Positions 1 to 14,626 are shown, numbered from the stretch's first letter. The stretch is 64,000 bases of DNA from Epiperipatus broadwayi (GCA_028023455.1 JAQFVV010000005.1:12400001-12464000), one strand, 5' to 3'. Made by a program: numbers and translations. The notes: generated by a model from the letters alone, not told the origin.

Positions 1-1576
1 ATGCTAAGAAATTTGTGGGTATTTGATTACAGATGTACATTCTCAAAAAAAATCACTAGTGAATTCTGAATACCAAATGATTTCAAATTATTGAAGACAT
101 ATATCTTAAAAACGTTTGCAAATGATTTCAAATACAAAATAAGACCTGTTTAAATCTAATAAACTGAAAACTAACAGAAAAATGTATATATAATGTAAAG
201 GCATAATTGCAATCAAGAAGTATATAGGGTGCCCTGAGAAACAGACACTCTACTGAACACAAAATTGAGATTACATTTACATTATGTGCATTAAGTTTAT
301 TAGCTTTCCATTAGATTGATTCATCACCTGATATTATTCATACCAGGTATGAATATAAAAGCTATAGGAAATGACATAGATGCTAACTCTAACACTTATA
401 TGGAGATAGCTTTATAAATTAATACCCTAATCCTCATTTAATCTAAATGAATAAAATGTAAAATTTACCTAAATTATATGATTACAAATTATAGTTTAGC
501 CAGATACCTCATTTAACAAAAGGAGTAAAATCATTAATTTAATTAATAACAAAACAATTTATTTACATTCAGTTATAATATACTTCATAAATAATCCTGG
601 TTAGATATTAAGTGATAAATATAAAGGGTTGTGTCTATATAATGCATTAAACCATTTGCAGTGTTAGACAAATAACAAATTTGGAATTGAACAAAAACAT
701 ACAATTATTCTCATTTATACGATATAAGTTCATATAATTTATGACTTATTCAAGTTTGAAATACTATCTAATGATAAATCAACTAAGTATCAAATCTTTT
801 CCATTAATTCACACATATATATTGTACTGGACAAAACATGTTTATCCATCTAACATGAGCTGGAACTCACAAAATGTACTTCAACCTGGGCTGGGAGGTT
901 TCCATTTCAATATATATATATATATATATATTAACCATTGACTATGTCTAAATAAAGTATTGGAAGGAAGTTCAGGATGATGAAGTGATAAAACACATTA
1001 TCAATGCTTGCTTAAGCACTTTAAAGGATCTAGTATATTTTACTTTATCCTGAGTAATTGGAAGGTTTAAGGTCTAATAGTTATTGACAATTATTCCTTA
1101 GTAAATTGTTAGATGATTTTATTATCTGCAGTTTTATTAATCTTTACTGATTGTCTTTCCTTAATCCAACATCCTATAACTCTAGGTTTTGGTAATAGCT
1201 GTAAAGGCATAAACTATTTGATTATTTAATATCTTCTTCAAAGAGATTTGTTTTCCTTGTCATGTATATTCCTATGGTAATAATATATATATATATATTC
1301 CATTGCATTATGGGCTAATCCTAAAGCATCAAGATATCTGCATGAAGAAATAAATTTTTTACATTTTATTATTGTACATATATAATTCCATTGCATACAT
1401 CCTTTGAAGCTAGCACTAAATATTTAAGCAATTATTATTTGATGTTTAAATTTCCTTTTGATATAGTTTATCTCTAATCTGTTTATGGTCGCTATTATTG
1501 GTATTTCCAAAGTAATTTCGTCATCATTCCATATATGGAGTTTAAATATTCTATTTTAGCCAACACACACATATAT

Positions 1577-1786
1577 CACATGATCACCATTTCTTATGCT
1601 TGCTCAAGCTGTTAAAACAGGCAAAACTCTCCATACAGTAGTGCCACTTGGTGCAAACTAGAAACTAGTCTGGGGATATTGGATGAGTAGGCACTAGATA
1701 GGGATTTTATGCACAAACCTTCTTGTACCCTCTGATTACTCTGGCTTGCACTGAGTGGCACTACTGTATGGAGAATTTTACCTGTT
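1577..1786. mobile_element. HHR family A fold-back insert (half hammerhead only)
   Basis: Antisense tail plus AAACAGGCAAAACTC segment switches at CTAGAAACTAG into sense GAAACTAGTC^TGGGGAT...CCTGTT. Flanked by a degenerate 13-bp TSD, CACACACATATAT (1564-1576) / CATACCCATATAT (1787-1799). CTGANGA core absent. Confidence 0.85.
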
Positions 1787-2564
1787 CATACCCATATATA
1801 TAAAGACTTCTTGAATTTGGCTTTGTAAACTTGAAAATCTCAGTATAGAGAATAAATTCCTTTTTGAGCACTAAGTTAATATATTCCAAGTGTTATTAGA
1901 TCTTGATTTACATTTAGATCTCAATGTTGGAGGTATGTCATGATACATTATTCATTCAGCACTTCATCTCTAAGCTTTTCTTACACTTGTACATTATAAA
2001 TGAATACAACTTTTAGCCTTTACTGTTTCATAACAATTTTACTTTCGTGAAATTTCCTTTGGAGGTAGAAATGGTTTTTTTTTTCTTTTGTATATATAAA
2101 GTAGTAAATTTTATATAAAAGAACAAGGAAAAACCTTTTTTTCAATAAATTCTAGTTGTTTTCTCAAGCAATTGCATTGTCAGGTATTATCTAAGCTCAC
2201 AGTCCTTGGTTTTAATTTTCTCATGGGATTTATTGTTGTAGGAGGGAATTTAATAAATGATCACTCTTATGTTAAAAAAATATTTTAAAATATTATTTAC
2301 AGGCACAATTACATGCATAGTTACATTTATATACCTGTTTATTTTCATTAAATGCATATATATGTATAGTGAAGGTCTTGGGTGATAACTTTAAATTACT
2401 GCTTTAAATTTTAAATGTTGTTTTGACTTTTGTTATAAAAGAATTGTTTCTGCTGGAGATTTAAATGACATCTTAAAATGACCTTATTAAATAAATATTA
2501 CATTTTCTTTTAGAAGATTCAAATTACATTAGATCATTATTATTTCTTATTCTTAATTTTATAG

Positions 2565-3420
2565 CTATCGAAATGTGTTCTTACTGTATAGTAGAGTGTA
2601 GGTCAAACAATGTGGAGATTGAATTACATGGAGGTTGTAAAGATAATGGCCAGTTATTTCATTAATCAATAATCTTAAATGAGTAAAAAAAAATTTATAA
2701 TGTATATTTTGACTACAAAAGGAGTGGTAATACACTTTAATGACATAATACGCTGTAAAAATCAAAACATCACTTTCAACCATTTATAAATCTAATCTAT
2801 TGCAGAATGAGTCATTTTTAAAATTAATCCTACTTCCTCTGATCCATAATTTTTCTATATCAATGCAATACTGAAAAAATTCCTTCTCTCATATATTCAT
2901 GTCATTTTTGATCTTTTTATATTAAGTGTACGATTTCTATTTTCCATATACTGCAATCTTTTTATAAATACATCTGGCCTAATTCCATTTCATCATCTTA
3001 ATTGCCTAAATAACATCAATAAAATTTGTTTCTTACTAATAAATTTCACTTTGAATATATCTATCCTTCACAACTGCTACTCCATTAAGAAATAAATACA
3101 ACACAGGAATGTAGTATAATCACTGCTGTTGGATTCTGATAATTATTTTTCAGAATTTAACAATATACCACATCTAGATAATGTTTTGAAGTTTTAATCA
3201 CTACATAAATATTTAGTCAAACAATTTTCTGTATTCTAAAATTTCAATAAAAAAATGGAAACTCATATTTATTGATTTTCTATATAAATATATATTCTCT
3301 TAATGCATGGATGTCGTCTATCTCTTTTAAATCCAGTTCATTCTCTTAGTAGTTTAAATCCAGAATTCTCTATATATAACATCTAATGATCCATTTACAT
3401 ATATGTTGGGTTTTAATTAG
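2565..3420 (-). pseudogene. Highly decayed non-LTR (LINE) reverse transcriptase remnant
   Basis: Minus-strand readings resemble RT motifs in the expected order (E.Q.GF.R..S-like, IHALRE, FI...YRKLFD, G..IN...L..D region) through many stops and frameshifts. Extent uncertain. Confidence 0.4.
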
Positions 3421-5751
3421 TGATATCGTCTTTATTTTTCTAAAATATTAATAGCACTACCTCATTCTTCCAATCATATGGTAGATTTTATTCTTCCAGT
3501 TATACAATATCATTTTATTCTTCCAATCATGTGATATGTCTTTATCTTTTAGAAATTACCTACAATGATTTTTTGTGTATTAACTAGTATAAAGCGCCAT
3601 CAAACGATTTGTATGGTCAAAAAAATAACTACCGATTTTTTAATAATTCAATTATATGAAATTTCATCTCCTGTCTAGAATTAATTGCTTTTCTCATAAT
3701 TTCTTTCAGAATATATGGCATTATAGTTGCTAAGTAGTTTTCTTACTCTCTATTCTCTTTTTTAATAAAAATCTTTCATATTTTGTCATGTCATTTCTGC
3801 ATTTTTTTATTCTTTTTATTATAGAATAAACTTTTTTCGAATGCCAAAATGAAACTTTACTCTAGGAGACTTACATTCTTTTGTACAACTTTTTTTCCAT
3901 TTCAGTTTTACTCCCTTAAATTATCATTATTTTTTTTCTTATCACTTGACATATTCCATTCAAAATAGATTATTTGGAATTATTTTCATAGCCATCACTT
4001 CCTGCATATCCAGTTTCATATCAATTCTAAAATTATGTTTTTAAATTGTTGCATAACTACCCCAGCGATGTATAGAACTTTTTTCCTGAATTTTATTCAA
4101 GATGGGCTATTTTTAAAATATCTCAACAATTTAAAATGTGTTGTACATTTTGATTTAAATTCACTGGAGTATTCTTAAAAACTAAAGATATCAGTTACTA
4201 CTACTGTAGCAGTTAACAGTTTTTTAGCTTTGCATTCACATTTACTAAATATCTCACTTATACAAGGATCACTTCCTGTACTGAATCAATTATATTATTA
4301 TATTTAAATGTATATTTCCTATTAGCTAAAAATGAATTCAATTCTTTTTATCTCCGAGCTATCATTTTTATTATCTCTTTGGATTTTGTTTTTTTTAAAA
4401 AAGTTCCACAAATTTATATCCACTGACTGCACTTTTATCTCTCAAATATTATCTAATTTCAGCATTAAAATCTACCAAAACAACTTTAAAATGTTGAAAT
4501 ATTTTTAGTACATATAACTTTGGCATAAATCTGAATTACATGCATGTGACATTTTTCATTAAGTTTAATGCCTATTCTAATATACTATCAATCCCAATAT
4601 TAAAATGTTATGTGACATAGTAGCCCATCTTCCGTGCCTACAATCTGATGTTCGAGTTAGAGCAAGTAGACCTTACTGGATTCTTTAGGTCATAAGATAA
4701 CTTATAACTTTTCTCAGATAGATAGTCCACAGTCAACTCAGCAAAATGTTTAGTGAATAAATGGGTATATAACTGCAAGATAAATACTAGAGATTAATCT
4801 ATATTGATCACATAACTGCTGATATACTGGCTGTAAAACAAATGATTATAACATGATGCAGTTTTCACCACTAATGGAGAAAATATCATATCCTTGTGAC
4901 TATTAGAATCATAAAAGTATGAAATCCTCATAAAGTGGAAAAGGATCAACTTCTATGAGCATAATAATGCAATAGAAGTATGAGATCTTCACTAGTACAG
5001 AGGCATTATAATTCTAGGAACAGGATATTGATCCCTTATATTCCCACTGTTTATGTTTTATATTAAAAGACAACTTTTAAGTCATCTTTTCTTCTAATTT
5101 CATAGTCTATTCATATCCTATTAATAATTTAATTCTTTCAATTTATAAAATCTTCCTTTATTTGAAAATATAATTATAGATAGCTAAATAAAATGCCTAT
5201 AATACAGTTATTCTTAACAACTTCTAATTTTGCACACCCATTTCTGCCTTGGAGTTGATGATTTCACAGAATTTATAAAAAGAGAAGCATTCTTTTCAAA
5301 AAATTTGTAAATTCAGAGATGAAAGATAGTAAACTCATCACACTTGCTCATGACTAATGGTAAAATGTGTCATACATGTTTGTTTGAAGCATCAATATAA
5401 AATAAAATTCTCCTGTCATTAACAACAAACTTCTTTTTGCAGTCACATATATATTATTATATAATTAATTATTTTAAATAGCTAAAACTGAAGAGGCATT
5501 AAGTGAATTCTTTATGAAATAACATATTAAATGATATATATGCATAATAGCCAACTTTTGAATTGTAAACTAAGGCACATAAAAATTCCTTCATCAGCAA
5601 TGCCATCATGTATCATCTTATTATTTTTAATCTAGAATATTAATTTTTATGTAACAGTGAGTTTATTAATCTTTTTATAATTATAATAGAGAAGATTAGG
5701 ATAAACCTAAAAAAAATCAATTACAGCACTAATTAAAATATATATACATAT

Positions 5752-7528
5752 TGAACCGGGTGGGAGACGGATCGAATAAAAATATATATATAATAGAATT
5801 TTTTTTACTCTTTAATAAGAAATATCATTGTGATAAGCAAAATTGTAAAACAAATTGTTGACTTCTTTTTATAGAAAAATAAAAATATTATAAAATTATT
5901 TATTATAAATTCGATCTACTCCAGCTGCAATTTAAGTATTGCACCACACCAGTCCCTTAGGCAGAGAAGCATAATCCCCAGAGGGTACCTATGGCCAGGC
6001 CGAAGCTATATAAAATATATTACAACCACCTTACCAGGCAACAGATTTTCTCGACTGCTGAATTCAACCCCAGTCATTCAAAGCAATAATTTGTTTTGAA
6101 GTAAACATCAGGCACCAGCTAACTACAAGAAGTAGTTAACATGCCCTGAATGATGGCAAACTAATTTAGCACTCTAAGAAATCCCAACTAGCTCAATGGA
6201 AATAAATGGAATAAACTGTGTCTAACTTCTTTGCTACATTGTTCTTAGTGGTATAATTAAAGAATTGCCTGACAAATGCTAAATTTCCAAGAATAATTTA
6301 TTTTATAATACTTTAAACCAATTTATAAATTCATTCATCATTCCTTCTCTGAATAAAATAATAATACATAGCATATCAGTCACTCACACTGTAAATAAAC
6401 ATAAAGCATTAAAATAGGTACAAAGCATTAAAACACGCATATATTTTACCATAAGCTATTTGTATCTTTAAGAAAGTTCTATCAATATCTGTTCATTTTT
6501 AGTTGATTGTGGAGATACTTAAAGATTGCAATGGCTACTTATAGATTAATATAAAAAATCAGGAATGGGAATAAGAAAATGTTATTACCTATAGGATTTT
6601 AAACATTGTGGATTCTTGCTCTTTGCTGCTGCATGTGTGGTTTACCAACCAGTTGGATTTTAGGCTTCTGATGCAGTCCTGACGATTGCGGTTCCGGGCT
6701 ACTTCTATTTCAGGCAGTTAGACATCCTTGGCAGCTTCAAATTATTAGACAGGCATGGATTCTATTGGGCAGATGGCTGATGTTCTTGCGGATGAAGGCT
6801 GGAGCTTGGTCGCATGCTCCGATTTCTGCTTAGCGCGGCATGGTATTCATTAAAAACTAAGTCTAATAGGTGATTGAATTTAGATACGTGAATGACTGAA
6901 TGACAAAATTTGCAGTCCTATTTATGGATGCTATCTTGTTGTTATCTTTTAATTAATTTTAAATCCGCTAATTATTTTCATTGTTAAAAATCTGTCCACT
7001 GCTTATGTTGATTAAATTTTGGATAAGATGCATTTTAATTAGTCCTGTTGTTTATGGATTTTAATTTATTAATTAGTAGCCATTGCTAATTCCATTCCTA
7101 TGGAGCTTATCAGTATATACAATCTTTAAGGGAATTTTTTTTAACTCAATTATAAGCTTTCATTTATTTTAATATTTAACTTTCATATTTTATTTACATA
7201 CATCTTTTAATGTTTTTTTTTTTTTTTTAAATCAACACAAGCATTTTCTTTTAAATAAATGATGAGAGAAATATAGTTTTTAAATCTTTTTTTATTTAGT
7301 TAAATCTCTTCCCCCTCACATTGTTTCATTATTATTTAAAATAGTAAAACTTATACTAATAATCTGCGCTGCGTCTTTTCAACAAAATTAAACAAAACTT
7401 CTTTTTAAAATTTACTATTGACATCGGACTTCTAACACTAATTATTTTTCCCTCTTAAATATTTTTGGAATAAAATTTTAATCTTAAATCTTTTATTATG
7501 AAATTTGTAATGCTTAAATAGCGGTACA
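5752..7528. mobile_element. Solo LTR-like insert (~1.78 kb)
   Basis: Begins TGAACCG and ends CGGTACA (6/7 inverted), with ATAT on both sides (5748-5751, 7529-7532). Contains CpG-retaining GC-richer patches and a T-rich 3' part. Confidence 0.6.
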
Positions 7529-7626
7529 ATATATATATAAATATTGATAGCTCACTATATAGAAAGAAATATATGTTAGCATCTTGACAATAAAACATAA
7601 GTTACATGTGAAGGTCATTCTAAAGA

Positions 7627-8400
7627 GAAGGTAATCAAACCTCCACACATGTGGCATACTATAATATTCAATTAGCAGTTTTAAATATGGATAAACTCTC
7701 GATCCAAGTCACAATATAAAGACTTTAAAAAGATAAGATTGGTCATCTTATCTTGGTACCTAAATGCAATTATATAGGCAAATTTTAAGCCTCTTAAAAC
7801 AGGAGCATGAATATATTAAATTATTCACTTTACTTATATTTCTTTTTTATATCCTACTAACACTTGCGAAATATTGAAATTTATTAGTGTTAATACTAGA
7901 TGTAATACTTAATGTAAAGAAATTTTTACTAGCAGTGTCAAATTATAATTCTAAGAAGGTAATCAAACCTCCACATATGGACCATACTATAATATAAAAT
8001 TAGCATTATTAAATATAAATAAACTCTCAATACCAGTCACAAGATAAAAACTTTGAAAAAATAAGAACAGCCAACTTATCATTATATATAAATGCAAATA
8101 TATAAGCAAATCTTAAGCATCTTGGAATGAGAGTATGAATGTATTAAATTATTCATTTTATTTATGTTTCTTTTTTATATCCTATTAATTCCAAGGTGCT
8201 TAAGATTTGCCTATATAATTGAAGATAAGATGGCTGTTTTTATCTTTTCAAAGTCTTCATCTTGTGACTTGGATCAAAAGTTTACTTGTATTTAACACCG
8301 CTAAATGAATATTATATTATAGCGGATGTTTGGAGTTTTATCTTTTCCTTAGAATTGTAACTTGACACTGCGCTAGTAAAAATTCTTGATTATTTACATT
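7627..8400. repeat. ~328-bp direct tandem pair plus an inverted third copy (fold-back)
   Basis: GAAGGTAATCAAACCTCCAC starts at 7627 and 7955. 8189-8400 is the reverse complement of ~7911-8127, leaving a ~60-nt loop. Confidence 0.85.
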
Positions 8401-9929
8401 ATATAAAGATCATTATAACTCACTGTTATAAATTAGCTATAGACAAAGCAGCAATCAAATTTTAGTATTAAATGTTTGAGTTAAGGGGATTTTCTATGTT
8501 TAGTAAGTTTATCACAGAAATTTTTACATAAAATGAAAGAATAATTTTGAAGTATTACAATATCAAATAACACTGATATTTATGTAGTACTGGTATTATT
8601 CATTGAATGCTTATTTTCTGGAGTGAATAACTATAATAGATTCCAAAGACTAAAGAGATTTTAGTGTCATAATTGGTGTCCAATAACCTTAAGAATTTAG
8701 CACAGGTCATGATGATGGAACAGACTCTAGCAAATGTAAAGATTAATGAATCACAGTTACATGTCTAAAATATCCGTTGACATTTAGCTTGCAAAAGAAA
8801 CAAAACTTTATTTATGTTTTTAAAGTACAAAACATGAAAAGATAATTTTGCTTAAATGTTTATATGATGGATTAAGTTTAAGCTATAAGTTTTAAAGACA
8901 GGTATAAATATCCATTAGATATTTTATGTTGGATAAATGGACAAATAAGATTAACAAATGCTTTAATTGAAGCATAGTTCCTGTACTTTTGTTAAACTAT
9001 TTGTTTTTACAGCAAAGAATAATTCATAAATTTTAGTTGTTCATTTTTTATAGAAAATTTAAAAAAATTTCTTTGATGTAACATATTCTACATTATTTTG
9101 AATATCATTATGTAATTTAAAAAGACTGTTTAAACAAGTGCAATATTTTTAACCAAAAATATCAAACTAAAACAATCTAAAAAAATACTGCATGAATTTA
9201 GAATTGATTTTTAAAATTGAAAATGGTTAGATTATTATGAGTAGAAAATTATTAGATAAAATACTCTCAATAATTTCATCCTTACTGCCATTTTAGTACT
9301 TTTTATTTTTTCAAATAAGTGATTCTTCAAATTATACTATCAAATTTATAAAATACTTTATGAATTTTATAAAATATATGGATTTGAGAAAATTTTACTA
9401 AATTAAAACATATCTTTCATTAGTAATGACAAACAAGCAATTAAATTCTGTAGCTACATTATCTTTTGAAAATGATGTCAAAAATAATATGAATGATAAT
9501 CTAATATTTTTGTGGGCTTAAGATTAAAAAAGAGTTTTGCGAAAAAACTACAAACTTAATGTTAAGCAATTAAAATGTCTAGATTTTAATGGAAATCTAT
9601 TAATATTTGCAAGATAAAACAAAACTTTCACGATGTTTTTCCCAAAACTTAAAAAACAAAAAACAAATATTGTTTGTCCCGGTGCAATGAATGGCTTGGG
9701 GAAAACCAGTATATGATTGATGAACACAGAGCTATTATCAGCTTTAGAAGAAAATCTGCATTTGGCTAGATAAATATATATGTAGTCATTTCAATTTAAC
9801 TTCTAAATAACATATGAATAGCTTATTATTCATGATTTTCAATGTAGCATACTATAATTTATGACTGTTTTCTTCTAAGTAATTTAAAAAAACTGTTTTG
9901 CTGTTCATAGGATTACATTTAACAGTATT

Positions 9930-10176
9930 ATAATGAATATTTCGGTAGTGTAATCTTCATTACACCACTCTCACACAAGGTGAGGAATGGTTTCTATCCG
10001 CTTTTAAGGATCTTGGATGTAATCATAAACATATGACCAAAGACATGTAAAAAGATGTCTTTGATCATGTGTTTATGATTACATCCCTCCACAAGGTGTT
10101 AAAAGCCAATAGAAACCATTCCCTACCTTGTGTGAGAATGGTGTAATGAAGATTACACCACAGAAATATTCATTAT
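9930..10176. repeat. 247-bp near-complete palindrome (MITE-like or fold-back)
   Basis: ATAATGAATATTTC...GTGTAATCTTCATTACACCA is mirrored by TGGTGTAATGAAGATTACACC...GAAATATTCATTAT, with pairing continuing to a small central loop around AAAGACATGTAAAAAGATGTCTTT. Confidence 0.9.
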
Positions 10177-10368
10177 TGAATAATCTTTAGTCTAGTGACT
10201 GACTAATAAAAATTATTAATAAGTGTCATAACTATGGCAAAGTAACCATGACAATGCAAATAACAATCCTGGATCTTGGGTCCTCTTTGTTGATTATTAA
10301 AGAATAATTTAACCTGCTAAAATTATTCAAAGTTGTTGTTTTTACAATTGTTTCTGCTTTGTTTATAT

Positions 10369-11873
10369 TGTAACGGGAACCCGACGATCGAAAGCTTAAA
10401 CTTCCCTTTTATATAGATATAATGGGGAATTCTTATAATTCAAGATCGCCCACTTTCCGCTACCGCAAGCAGAGAGAAAATACGGACATAAACGAGTCTA
10501 CAGCCGTACTTGACCGAACTTATATGCTATACGGGTATAGCCCAAGTTATATTTCCCGGTCAACTTTCTCCCGACTGCTGTAAGATTTAACAGAGTTACA
10601 GCGCTTGGATAATTATAAATTTAATGGGATCAAATACTGCACCACCAGCTTCACGTGTTAATTAAGTACTCAAATGCATAATAATTATTTTCCAAACTCT
10701 CAGATTATATTATTTTTGGAAGTGGCGAAGAAAGAGACGAAACAGATTTTACATAAATAAAAGATATTTAATACAATAAATTATAATAAAAGAAACACTC
10801 TAAATTATAAACACTCAATATAAAAAAAACAGATTATGCTATAATACTACAAAAAAAACAAATAAAATACAATAGATGATTCTATAAATGATTGCAATCT
10901 GTAGAAATAAATTATCCCTTTATACTCGTTTCAAATATTAAAAGAGTCTAATTAATGTCTATCTCATTATATGTGGGATTGGCAATTGCATTAAAATTTA
11001 ACGATATGTGCACATAAGTATATAAAATGTCTTGTTCATAATTACCTAGGTTGTAAAGTCTTCAAATAAACTTGGCGGTTAGATTTGATTGTTGGAACTC
11101 CTCCGTATTGTGGGCATCAAGGCAAGGCAAAACGAACCCTTCGGCAGGCGCTACGTCGGCAGTTGTTACATCGATTCGTGAACCATTATAGCACGGAAGT
11201 CTGGATCGAACGGCGATCGCGACTGGCCCTTAGCTACACATCCTCGAAGCTTCCCTTATGTTATAGTTTGTTTTCATGTTCCCAAATTTAACTTTCATGT
11301 CTGCTTTCTGTTATATTTCTTTGCTTCTTATCAGAGCAGTGTCCTCACTGAAGTCTCGACCAATATTGTTTTCCAATTAATTAATTAATGTTCTTTATTT
11401 TTCAAATTCCTTCCTTATCTTGATCTCTTGCGGGGTTTTTTTTATTTCACACCCTTTTACTTTAAAAATGCTTTCAACAACTTATACAAAATTACTTTCA
11501 ATTTGATACAATTTTATAATATATTTTACATTTATTTATCAATCATTTTCTTTAATAAAATTATTTCATTTTGACATGAAACAAACTGTCCTCTCTTTAT
11601 TCATACCTTCACATATGCATTTCATTTTTCGTCAAAATGTGTAGTTTTAAGAACAGATCTTTATCTTTCGTTGCATTCTAAATTTTACTTATATTTTATT
11701 TAAACTTCCCAAAACTATCACTTTTGTTTTTATATCTTTAAGTTTTTATTTTATTTCATTTCTCAATTTTTTAAATCTTACATTAAACACATGATATAGA
11801 TATTTTTTAACCTTAACTTACTTTTTTATGTTAAATATCTATATGTGTGACCGCAGTATATGCCATCATCACA
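10369..11873 (+). mobile_element. Solo LTR-like insert (~1.5 kb)
   Basis: ATAT|TGTAACG start and candidate end CATCACA|ATAT. CpG-rich body, TATAAA near 11020, AATAAA near 11065, T-rich distal part. The right boundary is less certain; an internal GTTACA also occurs at ~11169. Confidence 0.5.
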
Positions 11874-13445
11874 ATATATTCAAAAAAGTACTGTGATATG
11901 ATATATTAAAATTGATTTACTTTGTGCAAGCCCACCATCATCACAAAACATTAATAAAATACAAAGAAAAATATAACCTCACTTAAGAAAATATGAGAAG
12001 TATAATCAATAGATGAAAAGATTACATCTAGTTTGGCATCTTATTCTATATGCAAGACTACTTTTAAATATTTAGAACTGCGTAACAGATAATGGAAGTA
12101 GCGATATAGAAATTGCAATTATTTGCTTCTTAATTAAGCTCATTCATTATGCAATCTATAGAAATTTCAGGGAATACTTTTTAAATGTTTCGTTTGAAAT
12201 ATAAATTTACATATCATCAACGGTATTTTATTACTAAAGGCAATATACTAATAAAAATAAATCAAGTAATTCAATAATTCTAAAAAAAAAATTATAAAAA
12301 AAAAGATGTTTTCATTTTAAAGATAGCTGTTTAAATTACGTTATTTATTCTCTACGCCGTACTATCCACATTATTTAATGAATGTACATCTCTAATCAAG
12401 TTTATTTTAAAAATATTATATTAAATGATACCATATATAATAAATATATTTGTACTACCCAAAAACAGAATCATACCTTAGTCTTATTATTGAAAGAAAA
12501 CGTAAACGTTAAATAACAATTTTTTAAGCATAAGTCTCAATGAAAGCTGCCATACGTGATCTTTAAACGAGATTTTAAAAAAATCTTAATTGAAACTAGT
12601 TTTAATTTTTTCGCTATATATTTTATTTAAGGTTTTGTAATGTACTTAATGGTAAAGAGGATTAATATATTTGTTATATTATGGTAGTACTATTACTGGA
12701 TTATATTTAACGTTTATGATAATTATAGTGAAAAATAATTATATTGAAAATGCATTATATTCATCTTATTTATTTATTTACATACTTAAAATTTATAAGC
12801 TTTTACATTAAAAATAACACATAATTTTTTTTTATATACAGTATATTAGTATTTTTTTTTTTTTCAAAATCAAATGGCGACGCCAAATTTTTGGGGCCCC
12901 TAAAAACAAGAAATAATTCACATCTTTTGTAATAGTAAATCTGTTTATTCATATTAGTGAAGTACTCTATTCAGTAGTTCTAGATTTTATCTATCCTTGT
13001 TATTATGATCATGAAGCAAATTTTTTTTCATTGTAGTGTCTTAAAATTTCACCTATTACTCTTTTTATGCATTATAGCACGTTTTACTATTTACTGTGAT
13101 GGACAAGCGTGACTTATTATATAAAAACGTATTATGAATATATTTATAATGTAGAAAATGCAATCATACTTGAATCTCCTCCCTCCCCCTCTCTTTAATG
13201 AAATGAAAATGAAGGCACTGTTACGATTATGTAATGAATTATAAATATCATATGAGGCTCTTCAGGGAAAAATAGAATGGACATTAGTGCATGAAAGACT
13301 ACAATATATGAATGTAAACAAATTAGTAAAAAAAAAAAAAAGTAGCTAGATTATATGCAGGTGGTAGCAAACAGCTAAAAAGATATTACTATATGAAAAG
13401 TTAATAGATAGTTTACATTAAAAAAATAATGTGTAAAGAATATAA

Positions 13446-13900
13446 GCCAATAAACATCACATGATCACAATTTCTTATGCTTGCTCTTAACTGTTATTAA
13501 AACAGGCAAAACTCTCTATACGTATTACCACTCAGTATAAGCCAGAGTAAGGCTTGTGCATAAAATCCTCATCTAGTTCCTACTCATCCAATATCCCCAG
13601 ACTAGTTTCTGGCTTGTGGCCTTAGTCAGTGAGGAGCCTTGGATCTGAGAGCACTGCACCTAGATCTTAGTATCTAATGCAACCCTTCGGCAGCCACCTT
13701 TTATCTCTACCTAACTACAAAACTATGAGATTTAAATTGAAAACACTATTTTCAATTTAAATCTCGTAGTTTTGTAGTTAAGTAGAGATAAAAGATGGAT
13801 GAGTAGGCAGTAGATGGGGATTTTATTCACAAGCCTTCTGGCATCCATTGATTACTCTGGTTTGCTGAGTGACAATATGTATAGAGAGTTTTGCCTGTTT
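13446..13900. mobile_element. HHR family A fold-back insert
   Basis: Perfect 12-bp TSD TAAAGAATATAA (13434-13445 / 13901-13912). The antisense unit turns at the TTGAAAA-CACTA-TTTTCAA hairpin and returns as sense sequence ending CCTGTTT. Confidence 0.93.
13594..13635 (-). ncRNA. Minimal type I hammerhead, core-mutated (CUGACUA, G8U)
   Basis: Reverse complement reads TCCTCA CTGACTA AGGC CACAA GCCA GAA ACTAGT C TGGGGA. Confidence 0.7.
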
Positions 13901-14626
13901 TAAAGAATATAAATCTAATCCTGGACTGTCATAATACATTAGGTAACTTAGACATTTATTAGAGGCAGCATTAAAATATATAATATATTTTATTTTTATA
14001 TTAAATTTACTTTTATACTCTTTAGACATTGCCTAATAATTGAATATGTATTTATATTTTTTTCTCTTTTAAATTGAAAAACAGGCCTGTCATCCATAAG
14101 AACAAATTGGGTAATGCATTCATCCAAACATATCTTTCTTTGAATTAAATATTTTGCATGGATTATTATAATAAAGACCAGAAATAAGATGATTATATCC
14201 ATATGAACAGAGATAACTTTTGCTTATAATGTTGCCAGGAAACTATCAATTACTACTAATTGACAATCTTCCTGAAACTAAATTAGTTTACTCCATTGAC
14301 TTACAGTAGATCTTTTATCAGGTGTATTGTTGAATACAAGAGTATTCACAATATAAATAAAATAAACTTTTATTTTAAACTTTTTTTTTTCCAATATTTT
14401 AATATTTTGTATCTGTACATAGATCCATTTCTTTTATATTTATAAGATTGAAATAAAATATTGTGTTTGTTTTAAAGTGTGTTGTGTTTTCTAAAACGTT
14501 ATTAGATTTTGATGGGGGAAAAGCCAAATACCATTGGCATAAAGTTGATATATATTCTTATGATGGTACTAATGCCATTACTTAAGAAAGTAGGGAGAAA
14601 AACAAGATATGTCTAAAGGTTGACCT

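Noticed and set aside
6700-6845. Minus-strand reading FIRKNISHLPNRIHACL resembling a Tc1 transposase C-terminus
   Set aside because: Short, no DDE region or TIRs, and it lies inside the TG...CA solo-LTR-like insert, so chance similarity is likely.
10140-10176. ATGAAGA...GAAATATT hammerhead-like words in the 247-bp palindrome
   Set aside because: C3 missing, no stem II and no stem I.
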